Notes: generated from the sequence alone by a model not told the origin. Counted from the stretch's first letter, positions 26,484-35,820 are shown. The stretch: DNA of 64,000 nt from Candidatus Multivorans sp. (GCA_965206765.1 OZ242222.1:508527-572526), one strand, 5' to 3'. Made by a program: numbers and translations.

Positions 26484-27845
26484 GTGCGCGCCCCGATCGA
26501 GGACACCCACAGTCTGCCGCACAGCGAGGAGTCGGAGCGCGCGGTGCTGGCCGCGATTCTGCTCGACGCCGACCGGCACCTGGCGTCTACCTCGACCCGC
26601 CTGAAGGCGGAGGACTACTACTTCGAGCGGCATAGGTTGCTGTACGAGGCCATGCTCGCGCTCCAGGAGGCGGACAGCGCGATCGACCTCCGGACGGTGC
26701 AGGCGCGGCTGGAGCAACGAGGCCAGTTCGACGACGCCGGCGGGATGGCGTATCTGGCCACGCTGGAGGTGGATCTGCCCGACCTCGGCCGGGTCGACTC
26801 GTACGTGGAGATCATCAAGGAACGGGCCCTGCGCAGGCGCCTGATCGATGCCTGCACGACGATCTACAGGACGGCGCTCGACGGCGGTCTCGAGGCGAGA
26901 GACGCCCTGGACCGCGCGGAGCAGGCCGTGATGGAGCTGAGCGAGGAGGCGGTGGCGCGGACCTTCGTGCCCCTCGACCAGGTCTACCGCGAGACCATCG
27001 CGCAACTCGAACAGCAATCGGCGAACGATTTTCCCGGTCTGCGCACCGGCTTCGTCGACTTCGACCGCATGACGCACGGTCTCCAGCCGGGCAACCTGGT
27101 CATCGTTGCCGGCCGGCCGGGGATGGGCAAGACGAGCCTGGCCCTGAACATTGCGACCCACGTCACGCATGAGGAAAAGAAGGCTGCGGGCTTCTTCTCG
27201 CTTGAGATGAGCGAGCGGGAGATCGCCATGCGGGTGTTGTGCTCGACGACCGACATCCCCTTCCACCGGCTGCGGGGCGGCCGGCTGTCGACGCGTGACT
27301 GGAGCCGCGTGCACCAGGCGGTAGCAAGCGGCCGGGACTCGACTCTCTTCATTGACGACTCCGCCAATCCGTCGCTGCTCGAGGTCGCCTCCAAGGCGCG
27401 CCGGCTCAAGGCGCAGCACGGCCTCGCGCTCCTGGTCGTGGACTATCTCCAGTTGATGAACGCGGGGGGCAGGTACGAGAACCGCAACCTGGAGATCGGA
27501 GCGATCACGCGCGGCCTGAAGCAACTCGCCAAGGAGCTCGACGTGCCGGTGGTGGCCCTGTCCCAGCTCTCGCGGCTGCCCGAGCGCCGGGGCAAGGACC
27601 ACCGTCCCCAACTCGCGGATCTCCGGGAGTCCGGCAACATCGAACAGGATGCCGATGTCGTCATGTTCGTCTACCGGGAGGAGGTCTATGAACCCGACGA
27701 CCCGGATGTGGAAGGCATGGCCCAGTTGATCATCGCCAAGCATCGCAACGGTGAAACGGGGAGCGTGGATCTCGTCTTCATCGGCGACACGACCACGTTC
27801 CGCAACTACGACGGCCGCCACGCGCCGCCCGAGGGACCGACCTGA
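26484..27845 (+). CDS. dnaB: replicative DNA helicase
   Basis: PHSEESERAVLAAILLD N-domain, Walker A AGRPGMGKTS, LVVDYLQLM, SQLSR and ESGNIEQDADVVMFVYRE motifs. Confidence 0.95.
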   Translation: MRAPIEDTHSLPHSEESERAVLAAILLDADRHLASTSTRLKAEDYYFERHRLLYEAMLALQEADSAIDLRTVQARLEQRGQFDDAGGMAYLATLEVDLPDLGRVDSYVEIIKERALRRRLIDACTTIYRTALDGGLEARDALDRAEQAVMELSEEAVARTFVPLDQVYRETIAQLEQQSANDFPGLRTGFVDFDRMTHGLQPGNLVIVAGRPGMGKTSLALNIATHVTHEEKKAAGFFSLEMSEREIAMRVLCSTTDIPFHRLRGGRLSTRDWSRVHQAVASGRDSTLFIDDSANPSLLEVASKARRLKAQHGLALLVVDYLQLMNAGGRYENRNLEIGAITRGLKQLAKELDVPVVALSQLSRLPERRGKDHRPQLADLRESGNIEQDADVVMFVYREEVYEPDDPDVEGMAQLIIAKHRNGETGSVDLVFIGDTTTFRNYDGRHAPPEGPT

Positions 27846-28969
27846 CGGGCGCCCGGGTCGAGATCGACGTCGGCGCGCTGGCTGCCAACCTGCGTGTGGT
27901 TCGACAGGCCGTCGGTGAGGCAGGAGTATTCGGAGTCGTCAAGGCCGACGCCTACGGCCACGGCGCCGTGGCTGTGGCCCTCGAACTGGAGCGGCTGGGC
28001 GTCGACGGGTTGGCGGTGGCCCGCGTGAGCGAGGCTGAGGAACTGCGGCGCGCCGGCGTTCGGCGCCCGCTGCTGCTCCTGGGTGGCCCGGCTTCGATCG
28101 AGGACCTGGAGTGCGCCGTCCGTTGGGACGCGACGCCGGTGCTCACCAGGCGAGAACAGGTCGCCGACTGGTCGGCCTGGCGACGGCGGTCGTCCGAGGG
28201 CGGAATCCCCCTCGGTGTCGTGGTCGAGTTGGACACCGGCATGAGCCGCTACGGTGTGCCGCTCGACCAGTGGCCGTCGATGCTCCACGAGCTCCGGGCC
28301 GGGTCCGAACTGAAGCTCACAGGCCTGATGTCCCACCTGGCGGAGTCCGAACTGCCGGAGAGCCGCTTCACCGGCGAACAGGAACGGCGGTTCGCCGCCG
28401 CCGTGGCGGCGCTCGATCCGGGGGAGCGCCGGAGTGTCTCTGTTCATCTCTCGAACTCGTCCGGGGCGCTCAGACGGGTCTCCGCGCGCTGGAATGCGGT
28501 GCGTGTGGGCGGCGCGCTCTACGGGCTTGATCTGGCGGCGCCCGCCGATCCCCTGCCGGCGTCCGGCTTGCGCCCGGTGATGAGCGTGAAGGCGCCCATA
28601 CTCGATCTTCGGGAGGCGCCGGCCGGAACCGGCGTCGGCTACCGCCGCACCTGGAAGGCGCCGCGTGAGGCGACCATCGCGCTGGTACCGGTCGGCTACG
28701 GCGACGGGTTCAGCACCGGCTTCGGCGCCGGCGACGTTCTGGTGCGAGGCGCCCGCTGCCCGATCGCCGGCCAGATCAGCATGGACTCGCTGACCGTGGA
28801 GGTCACCTGTGTTCCCGATGTGGCGGTAGGGGACGAGTGCGTGCTGCTCGGCGCGCAGGAAGACGAGCGAATCGGTGTCGCCGAACTTGCCGCTCGCGCC
28901 AACGTCGCGGCCTACGAAGTCTGGTGCGGCTTCAGGCGCCGGCTGCCGCGGCTGGTCGTCGGCCTATAG
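27842..28969 (+). CDS. alr: alanine racemase (start codon uncertain, possibly CTG 27842)
   Basis: PLP-lysine motif VVKADAYGHG and C-terminal GQISMDSLTVEV. The conserved N-terminus ARVEIDVGALAANLRVV lies upstream of the first canonical start (GTG 27896). Confidence 0.8.
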   Translation: MTGARVEIDVGALAANLRVVRQAVGEAGVFGVVKADAYGHGAVAVALELERLGVDGLAVARVSEAEELRRAGVRRPLLLLGGPASIEDLECAVRWDATPVLTRREQVADWSAWRRRSSEGGIPLGVVVELDTGMSRYGVPLDQWPSMLHELRAGSELKLTGLMSHLAESELPESRFTGEQERRFAAAVAALDPGERRSVSVHLSNSSGALRRVSARWNAVRVGGALYGLDLAAPADPLPASGLRPVMSVKAPILDLREAPAGTGVGYRRTWKAPREATIALVPVGYGDGFSTGFGAGDVLVRGARCPIAGQISMDSLTVEVTCVPDVAVGDECVLLGAQEDERIGVAELAARANVAAYEVWCGFRRRLPRLVVGL

Positions 28970-29839
28970 GACCGGCTCGCGCCCGGTGACGCGCCGGAAC
29001 GCGTCGAGGTAGCGCTCGCGGGTCTCGTTCACGACCTCTGGCGCCAGTTCCGGCGGCGGAGAGGCCTTGTCCCAGCCGGTGCCGGTCACCCAGTCGCGGA
29101 CCGGCTGTTTGTCGAAGGACACCGGCTCGGTGCCCGGACTCCAGGCCGCGGCGTCCCAGTAGCGCGACGAGTCCGGTGTCAGTACCTCGTCGATCAGCAG
29201 CAGTTGGCCGTCGACCAGTCCGAACTCGAACTTCGTGTCCGCCAGGATCAGGCCCCGCTGTGCCGCAAGTTCACGGCCGCGCGTGAAGAGCTCGAGCGTG
29301 ATCCGGCGCAGCGTTGCCGCCATCTCAGGTCCCACCCCCTGGACGAGGGTGTCGTAGTCGATGTTCTCGTCGTGACCCTCTTCGGCCTTCGTGGCCGGCG
29401 TGAAGATGGGCTGGTCCAGTCTCTCCGCCCGCTGCATGCCCGCGGGCAGGTCGTGACCGCAGGCCCGGCCGGTCTCCTGGTACTCCTTGAAGGCGCTGCC
29501 GGCAAGATACCCGCGCGCCACGCACTCATAGGGAACCACCTCGGCCTTGCGCACGAGCACGGAACGCCCTTCCAGGAAGTCCGCGTGCCGCTGCAGGTCC
29601 GGCGGGTAGCGCCGCACGTCGGTCTCGACCAGGTGATTTGGAATCACGTCTCCCAGCCGATCGAACCAGAAGTTGGTCAGTTGGTTCAGGACCTTGCCCT
29701 TGTCCGGAATCTCGGGCGAGAGCACGAAGTCGTAGGCCGACACGCGGTCGCTGGCCACCAGGAGCAAGAGGTCACCCAGGTCGTAAATGTCGCGGACCTT
29801 GCCGCGGCGGGGCGCCGGAAGACCCTCGAGGACGTTCAT
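28964..29839 (-). CDS. purC: phosphoribosylaminoimidazole-succinocarboxamide synthase
   Basis: RGKVRDIYDLGDLLLLVASDRVSAYD, LADTKFEFG and DEVLTPDSSRYW motifs; 291 aa. Confidence 0.9.
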   Translation of the reverse strand: MNVLEGLPAPRRGKVRDIYDLGDLLLLVASDRVSAYDFVLSPEIPDKGKVLNQLTNFWFDRLGDVIPNHLVETDVRRYPPDLQRHADFLEGRSVLVRKAEVVPYECVARGYLAGSAFKEYQETGRACGHDLPAGMQRAERLDQPIFTPATKAEEGHDENIDYDTLVQGVGPEMAATLRRITLELFTRGRELAAQRGLILADTKFEFGLVDGQLLLIDEVLTPDSSRYWDAAAWSPGTEPVSFDKQPVRDWVTGTGWDKASPPPELAPEVVNETRERYLDAFRRVTGREPVL

Positions 29840-30117
29840 TGCGGCGGGAATGTAGCATGGCGCATTGCCACCCGTTCGGACCCTGATTCCTGGTCCTGGA
29901 GGGGCCTACGATCTGCTGAATGAGCGGCCCGCCGCGGGATAGGGTGTGGCCGGCCCGATCCGCGGGTTGGGGATCGGGCGGCTCGGACAGGCGACGCCTG
30001 AGGAGTTCGGGGCATAGGGTTGGTGAAACAACCTCGCGCCTCTCGCGTCAAAGAGGGAGACACGATGCGTGGCGGCCGTTGCGGCCGGGACGCGGTCGAA
30101 GGAAGGAACGCAGCCCG

Positions 30118-31809
30118 ATGAACTTGTTTCGAGTACAGCGAGTCCCAGCGGTGATGATCGCCGCGCTCTGTGGCGTTCTCATTCTGCCCGCGGTGTCGAC
30201 CTCGCCGGCGGGAGCGCAGGTGCGGGTGGGCTCGACCTGGATCACCCAACCGGTCGCGCCCAGTCTGGACATTGTGGATCGGCAGCTTCGGCTCGATCTG
30301 GACGAGGCGATTGCGATCGCCCTGCAGAACAATCTCGGTCTGCTGGTGCAGCGCTACCAGCGGTCGCAGGCGCTGTTCCGGATCAATCAGGAGTACGGCC
30401 TCTACGACCTGGTGGTTGGGGTCAACGGCAACGTGAACAGCGACAGCCGTCCGTCCGCCTCCCAGCTTGACGGCGCCACCGTGACCAAGAACGAGACGAT
30501 CACCGCGAACGTGGAGTTGCGGCAGCCAATCTCGTCCGGCGGCGATTTCACGATCAACTTCCAGAACAGCCGTTCCCAGTCGAACTCCCGCTTCTCCGAC
30601 ATCAACCCGAGTCTGCGGTCCAGCCTGGAGGTCGCCTTCAACCAGCCTCTGCTCAGGAACCGCGGCAAGGAGATCACGGAGCGCAATCTCGCGGTGGCGC
30701 GGCTGAACAGCGACATGAGCCTGGAAGATCTGGAGGTTCAGGTGGTCGACACGGTGCAGACCGTGGCAAACGGCTACTGGGCTCTGGTCGAAGCGCAGGA
30801 ACAACTCAAGGTCGCGGAGGAGAGCCTCGCCCTGGCCGAGGAACTCCACGAGATGAACCGCATCCAGATCGAGGTGGGTACGCTGGCGCCGCTTGAACTC
30901 GTGCAGAGCGAGGCCGGTATCGCCACCCGGGAGGAGGAGATCATCCGGGTACAGGCGCAGATCCAGGACGCGGCGGATGAACTCAGACGGCTGCTCAATC
31001 TGGACGAGGATTCGTTCTGGGATCTGGAAATCCTGCCGACCACCTCGCCGGAGATCTCCCGCGTCGCCATCGACCTGGAGGCTTCGCTGAGCTGGGCGCT
31101 TGACCGGCGGTCCGAGATCGACCGGGAGGAGCTTCGGATCGCGTCCCTGTTGATCGACTCGGGTTTTCTGAAGAACCAGATGCGGCCCGACCTCAACCTG
31201 AGCGTGAGCTACGGGCGCAACGCGCTCGGCGGCGAGCGGATGACGTGCGAGCGGCCAGGTACGCCCAGCATCGCCGACCTGTTCTCTGAGTGCCCTGAGG
31301 AGTACGTCCGTACCGACTCGCTCGACTACTTCTCGACCCTGGGCCAGCTCTACACTGGCATCCTGGGACAGGTATTCGAGGGCTGGAACGTCGGCCTGAA
31401 CTTCTCGAAGCCGCTCCAGAACCGGTCGGCCAAGGCGCAGAGCCGGATCGCCGAACTGGTGCTGGACCAGGGGCGGCTCGAACTCCAGGACGTCATGCTC
31501 TCGATCCGCACCGAAGTCCGTACCGCCTCCCGCGCGGTGGAGACCGCGGGCAAGCAGATCGACTCCGCTCGGGTGTCGCGAGAGCTGGCGGAGAAGAACC
31601 TCGACGCCGCCCAGAAGCGCTACGAGAACGGACTCTGGACGAGCTTCCAGGTGCTCGAGATCCAGGAGGATCTGACCGCTGCGAGAAGCCGCGAAGTCGC
31701 GGCCGTCACGGGCTACCGGCGGGCCTTGCTGGCCTACTTCAAGGCGATCGGCATGCTGCTCGACCAAGAGGGCATCGAACTCGTCGACGACGCCGAAGCC
31801 GACAGTTGA
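30118..31809 (+). CDS. tolC: TolC-family outer membrane efflux protein
   Basis: Signal peptide MNLFRVQRVPAVMIAALCGVLILPAVSTSPAGAQ. Duplicated coiled-coil/beta pattern (LDLDEAIAIALQNNLGL, EIGTLAPLELVQSEA, YENGLWTSFQVLEIQEDL). SD ggaaggaa precedes ATG 30118. Confidence 0.85.
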   Translation: MNLFRVQRVPAVMIAALCGVLILPAVSTSPAGAQVRVGSTWITQPVAPSLDIVDRQLRLDLDEAIAIALQNNLGLLVQRYQRSQALFRINQEYGLYDLVVGVNGNVNSDSRPSASQLDGATVTKNETITANVELRQPISSGGDFTINFQNSRSQSNSRFSDINPSLRSSLEVAFNQPLLRNRGKEITERNLAVARLNSDMSLEDLEVQVVDTVQTVANGYWALVEAQEQLKVAEESLALAEELHEMNRIQIEVGTLAPLELVQSEAGIATREEEIIRVQAQIQDAADELRRLLNLDEDSFWDLEILPTTSPEISRVAIDLEASLSWALDRRSEIDREELRIASLLIDSGFLKNQMRPDLNLSVSYGRNALGGERMTCERPGTPSIADLFSECPEEYVRTDSLDYFSTLGQLYTGILGQVFEGWNVGLNFSKPLQNRSAKAQSRIAELVLDQGRLELQDVMLSIRTEVRTASRAVETAGKQIDSARVSRELAEKNLDAAQKRYENGLWTSFQVLEIQEDLTAARSREVAAVTGYRRALLAYFKAIGMLLDQEGIELVDDAEADS

Positions 31810-31825
31810 CGCCGGAGAGCGGCGC

Positions 31826-31890
31826 TGGCGCCGGAGGTGGGAGTCGAACCCACACGCCCGTAGAGGGCGCAGGGTTGTTGGAGTCCCCGC
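31826..31890 (-). other. orphan Leu-tRNA 3' portion (degenerate anticodon arm through CCA) immediately downstream of tRNA-Leu(CAA)
   Basis: A 30-nt block (31830-31859) is identical to 31919-31948 of the intact gene and ends ..CTCCGGCGCCA. No 5' acceptor or D-arm. The anticodon region is degenerate (GGGGACTCCAACAACCC). Confidence 0.7.
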
Positions 31891-31914
31891 AGGGGACCCC
31901 CTCAGTTGGGGTAC

Positions 31915-32001
31915 TGGTGCCGGAGGTGGGAGTCGAACCCACACGCCCTTTTGGGGCGGGGGATTTTGAGTCCCCTGCGTCTGCCATTCCGCCACTCCGG
32001 C
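31915..32001 (-). tRNA. tRNA-Leu (anticodon CAA), type II
   Basis: The reverse complement reads GCCGGAGTGGCGGAATGGCAGACGC-AGGGGA-CTCAAAA-TCCCC..GTGGGTTCGACTCCCAC-CTCCGGCACCA. Confidence 0.9.
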
Positions 32002-32155
32002 ATGGAAATCCGCGCCCCTTGGGGGGGTGCCGCGGCGACGGTGGCGCAGAGTAGCACCGCCACGGTGCAACTTCCAGTGCTGGAACTGCAAAGTCCGCGT
32101 CTTCAAGGACTTAGAGCCGGCGGCTCTAACCAGGCGCAAATAGAGCGGGAACGGC

Positions 32156-32184
32156 TTGACGTTCTGAGCCCTCTCGGCTACAAT
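32156..32184 (+). promoter_or_regulatory. near-consensus sigma-70 promoter upstream of carD
   Basis: TTGACG (32156-32161), a 17-nt spacer, then TACAAT (32179-32184). This implies a ~150-nt 5' leader before the carD GTG at 32339. Confidence 0.55.
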
Positions 32185-32338
32185 CCGCGCCCGTTAACTG
32201 TGTGGCTATCCATCACTTAGAGATATCCAGAGCAGCAACTGGCGGCCGATCTCGGAACTGCATTCAAGGTTCCGGCGATGTTTGCCGAGGCGGGCAACTG
32301 TCACGTGTCTGAACGGGTTTCGTGCAAGGGGGTTCAGA

Positions 32339-32854
32339 GTGTTCCGAGTCGGTGAGAAGGTCGTATACCCCAACCACGGCGTGAGCTTGGTGGAACGGAT
32401 CGCGCTGAGCGCCCCGGACGGCGGCGAGAAGCAAACCTACTACCACCTGCGGGTTCTGGGAAACGACTCGAAGGTGATGGTGCCCGAGGAGAATCTGGAT
32501 CGGGTGGGCCTGCGGCGCCTGGCCAAGCCGCGAGAGATCAAGGACCTGCTGCGGTTGATCGAGGACGGCAACATCGACGTCTACAAGGACTGGAAGGGCC
32601 GCTACAAGCAGAACCTCGACAAGATGCGGACCGGTTCCCTGACTGACGCCGCCCAGGTGCTCAAGAACCTGCGCCTGGTGAGTCAGAAGAAGAGCCTGTC
32701 GTTTCGCGAGAAGAAGATGTACGAGAAGGCGCGGTACTTCATCGTCAGCGAGGTTCTGCACGTCAGAGAGGTCGGCGAAGAGGAAGCCGAGGTACTGGTC
32801 GAGAAGGCGCTCACGGGCAGCCTCGAGAAGATCTCCAAGGCCATGGCCAGTTGA
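32339..32854 (+). CDS. carD: CarD-family transcriptional regulator
   Basis: N-terminus (M)FRVGEKVVYPNHGVSLVERI is typical of CarD/CdnL. GTG 32339 is preceded by aaggggg. 171 aa. Confidence 0.85.
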   Translation: MFRVGEKVVYPNHGVSLVERIALSAPDGGEKQTYYHLRVLGNDSKVMVPEENLDRVGLRRLAKPREIKDLLRLIEDGNIDVYKDWKGRYKQNLDKMRTGSLTDAAQVLKNLRLVSQKKSLSFREKKMYEKARYFIVSEVLHVREVGEEEAEVLVEKALTGSLEKISKAMAS

Positions 32855-32959
32855 GACTCTCGCGCCGCATCGCTCACTGCCTCTAAGGGCCAGGACATCC
32901 TGGATTCGACGGGCGGTCGGTTCAGCAGGGGAATTCCAGCCGCCGGGCTGATGTAGATC

Positions 32960-33355
32960 GTGACACGGCTCATCGTCATTCTGATTGCCCTGCTGGTGGC
33001 ATGGATGTGGATCTCGCGGATCGTCCGCGGGCTGCTGCGCTCGCCACGAGCCGCGGAGGCGCGTTCTTTTCTGCGCCTGCTCCAGGTATTGCAACGATCC
33101 GCCGGCGGTACTCCCGGTACGGGCCGGACCGGCGCGAGGTCGGGTGCGCGCGGTACCGCCGGCAGTTCCCCGTTCGGGGCCTCCGAAGACGACTCCGGGG
33201 GGGCTCGCGGCCCCGGACGGCCAAGCGCACTGCTTCGGTGCCGGCGTTGCGGCGTTCACGTGCCTGAAGCTCAGTTGACCGCCGGCGTATGCGGCAATTG
33301 TGTCGAGGAGGACCGGGCCGGCCGTGAGGCTGCGCCGCAGAACGGAACGAAGTGA
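32960..33355 (+). CDS. small membrane-anchored zinc-ribbon protein
   Basis: N-terminal TM helix (LIVILIALLVAWMWISRIV), Gly/Arg-rich linker, and C-terminal CRRC-x13-CGNC. The stop overlaps the priA start (GTGA). Confidence 0.5.
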   Translation: MTRLIVILIALLVAWMWISRIVRGLLRSPRAAEARSFLRLLQVLQRSAGGTPGTGRTGARSGARGTAGSSPFGASEDDSGGARGPGRPSALLRCRRCGVHVPEAQLTAGVCGNCVEEDRAGREAAPQNGTK

Positions 33356-35820
33356 GTTCGGCGGCGCAGCCGCGGGATGCCGGGACCGGCGCCGCCGGAG
33401 GCGAGTACGCCGAGGTCGCGGTGCCGCTGCCGCTGCCGGATCCCCTGACCTACAGCGTGCCCAGGCGCTGGAGCAGCCTGGCCCGAGTCGGCGTCCGCGT
33501 GCGGGTACCCGTGGGCAAGCGGCGCCTGACAGGCTGGATCGTGGGCCTTCCGGCCCGCCCCCCGGCCGGCGTCGAAACACAACTGCGCCCGATTGAATCG
33601 GTTGTCGACCTGGAACCCGTTCTGCCGGACGACCTGATGGAGATGGCCCGTTTCGCCTCCTCCTACTACGCCGCGCCGATCGGCGAAGTACTGAGGGCCA
33701 TGGTTCCCGGCCAGCTCACCGGCTGGGGTGACCAGCGCGCGGAACTCACCAACCGCGGTGCGCTCCACGATTGCCGCGACCCGCCGAGTCTGGCCCTGCA
33801 ACGACTGCTCCTGGATCGGGGCCGGCTGAACCTGGCGACGATCTGGAACGAATTGGGGGAAGCGACGCTTTTCGACCGGATCGAGAGCTGGCGGGAGAGC
33901 GGTCGGATCAGGCTGTACGCACCCGGTAGCCGGAGTTCCCGCTACAGTGCGGCCGTCGAACTGCCGGCGGGGGACCGCGACACCCAGCTTCAGGCCTGCG
34001 GGCGATCTCCGGCGGGCCGCCTCGTGGTCGAGTATCTCGCGGAACTGAACCGGCCGGCGACGCTGGAGGAGCTCCGTGCCCAGACCGGTGCTTCGGCAGC
34101 CGTTGTTCGACGCCTGGCTCGACTTGGCGTTCTGCGCTCCTTTACCCAGATCGAGACGATGGATCTGGCCCGCCATCGCCTGGCTGGTGATGACGCCGCG
34201 GCGCCGATCGAACTGCGCCCTGATCAGGCCGTCGCCGCCGCCGAACTCGTGGCCGCGGTCCGGCGCCGGCGGTTCCAGCCGTGCTTCCTGGGCGGCATGA
34301 CCGGATCCGGAAAGACCGAGGTCTACCTTCGAGCGGCTCGGGCGGCGGTCGAGGAGGACCGGTCCGTCATCGTTCTGGTGCCGGAGATCGCCCTGGTGCC
34401 GGCGCTCGCGCGGACGTTGAAGCAACGCTTCGGGGACCTGGTCGCGCTGTTGCACTCGAATCTCGGCAGCGCCGAGCGCCATCAGGAGTGGGAGCGCATC
34501 CGCGGCGGCGAGTGCCGGGTCGTCATCGGTTCTCGGTCGGCGGTCTTTGCTCCCGTTCAGAACCTGGGCCTGATCGTCGTCGACGAGGAGCAGGACACGG
34601 CCTACAAGCAGGACACGCGTCCGCGGTACAGCGGCCGGGATCTGGCCCTCGTGCGGGCCCGCTCGTGTTCGGCGGCCGCGGTGCTGGTCTCCGCGACACC
34701 GAGTCTGGAAACCCGCTTGAACGTCGAGCGCGGTCGGTATCGCCACCTCCGGCTCACCGCCAGGGTCGGCTCGGGTTCGCTTCCCGAACCGATCCTGGTC
34801 GACCTCCGCAAGGAGGCCGGGGGCCCCCGCCGGCCGGGGGACGTGATGTTCTCCGGGTCCCTGATCGACCAGATCACACACAGTCTGGAGCGGGGAGAGC
34901 AAGTGATCCTGCTGCGCAACCGGCGGGGCTACTCGCCGCAACTGCTGTGTCGCGCCTGCGGCGAGAACATGCCCTGCGAGGACTGTGGCTTGCCCAAGAG
35001 TTATCACCGCCGGGACGGAAGACTGATCTGCCACTACTGCGGCGCCCGTGAGGAAGTGCCGCGGCTCTGCCCGGGCTGCGGAGAGGACGCCCTTCAGCCG
35101 ATCGGCGCCGGCACGGAGAGGGTGGAGGAGGAGGTCCTGGCGCGGTTTCCGGGGGCTGTCGTGGACGTGCTGGACCGGGACGCGACCCGGCGCGTCGGAG
35201 GCCCCGCTGCCGTCCTGGAGAGGTTTCGCAGCGGGGGTACACAGATCCTGATCGGCACCCAGATGGTTTCCAAGGGACACCACTTTCCGGACGTTGCACT
35301 CGCGGCGGTACTCACGGCGGACTCGTACCTCGGGTTCCCGGATTTTCGGGCCGCGGAGCGCAGCTACGCGCTGCTCACGCAGCTCGCCGGGCGGGCCGGT
35401 CGAGGCGAACGCCCGGGCCGGTTCGTGATCCAGACGTACCATCCGGACCACTATGCGATCCAGGCGGTACTGAACGGAGATGACGAGGCCTTTGCCAGCC
35501 AGGAGATGCGGTTTCGCCGGGTGTTCCACTATCCGCCTTTCACGCGTATGGTCCAGGTCGTGGTCCGTGATCGTGAACGTGAACGCGGTTGGGAACGGAT
35601 CAGGGAGCTTGCAGGGGCCGCCCGGGCCCACGCGCTGGCCGCGGGCGTGCGCTTTTCGGGACCCGCACCGGCGCCGCTCGAGCGCCTCAAGGGACAGTGG
35701 CGGTTTCAGTTCCTGATGCGCTCCGCCAACGGCGCCGACGTGCGGCGGCTGGCCGGTGCCGTCGCGCCCGCTCCGGCTGCGGACCTTACCGTCGATGTTG
35801 ACCCCCAGGACCTGATGTGA
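33352..35820 (+). CDS. priA: primosomal protein N' (replication restart helicase)
   Basis: Walker A GMTGSGKTEVY, DEEQD box (VVDEEQDTAYKQ), Cys-rich insertion (CRACGENMPCEDCGL..CHYCG..CPGCG) and C-terminal GTQMVSKGHHFPDV. Confidence 0.92.
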   Translation: MSSAAQPRDAGTGAAGGEYAEVAVPLPLPDPLTYSVPRRWSSLARVGVRVRVPVGKRRLTGWIVGLPARPPAGVETQLRPIESVVDLEPVLPDDLMEMARFASSYYAAPIGEVLRAMVPGQLTGWGDQRAELTNRGALHDCRDPPSLALQRLLLDRGRLNLATIWNELGEATLFDRIESWRESGRIRLYAPGSRSSRYSAAVELPAGDRDTQLQACGRSPAGRLVVEYLAELNRPATLEELRAQTGASAAVVRRLARLGVLRSFTQIETMDLARHRLAGDDAAAPIELRPDQAVAAAELVAAVRRRRFQPCFLGGMTGSGKTEVYLRAARAAVEEDRSVIVLVPEIALVPALARTLKQRFGDLVALLHSNLGSAERHQEWERIRGGECRVVIGSRSAVFAPVQNLGLIVVDEEQDTAYKQDTRPRYSGRDLALVRARSCSAAAVLVSATPSLETRLNVERGRYRHLRLTARVGSGSLPEPILVDLRKEAGGPRRPGDVMFSGSLIDQITHSLERGEQVILLRNRRGYSPQLLCRACGENMPCEDCGLPKSYHRRDGRLICHYCGAREEVPRLCPGCGEDALQPIGAGTERVEEEVLARFPGAVVDVLDRDATRRVGGPAAVLERFRSGGTQILIGTQMVSKGHHFPDVALAAVLTADSYLGFPDFRAAERSYALLTQLAGRAGRGERPGRFVIQTYHPDHYAIQAVLNGDDEAFASQEMRFRRVFHYPPFTRMVQVVVRDRERERGWERIRELAGAARAHALAAGVRFSGPAPAPLERLKGQWRFQFLMRSANGADVRRLAGAVAPAPAADLTVDVDPQDLM

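Noticed and set aside
31826-31912. A complete unusual tRNA or the tRNA-like end of a tmRNA
   Set aside because: There is no 5' acceptor strand complementary to CTCCGGC, no D-arm, and a non-canonical 10-nt anticodon loop. The acceptor is Leu-like rather than the Ala-like G:U stem of tmRNA, and no tag-ORF context exists.
29836-32139. 767-aa minus-strand ORF spanning the whole tolC region and both Leu-tRNA sequences
   Set aside because: It is antisense to a well-supported TolC gene and runs through tRNA genes. Its translation is Arg/Pro/Gly/His-rich with no recognisable motif. This is a typical long-ORF artefact of ~70% GC DNA.
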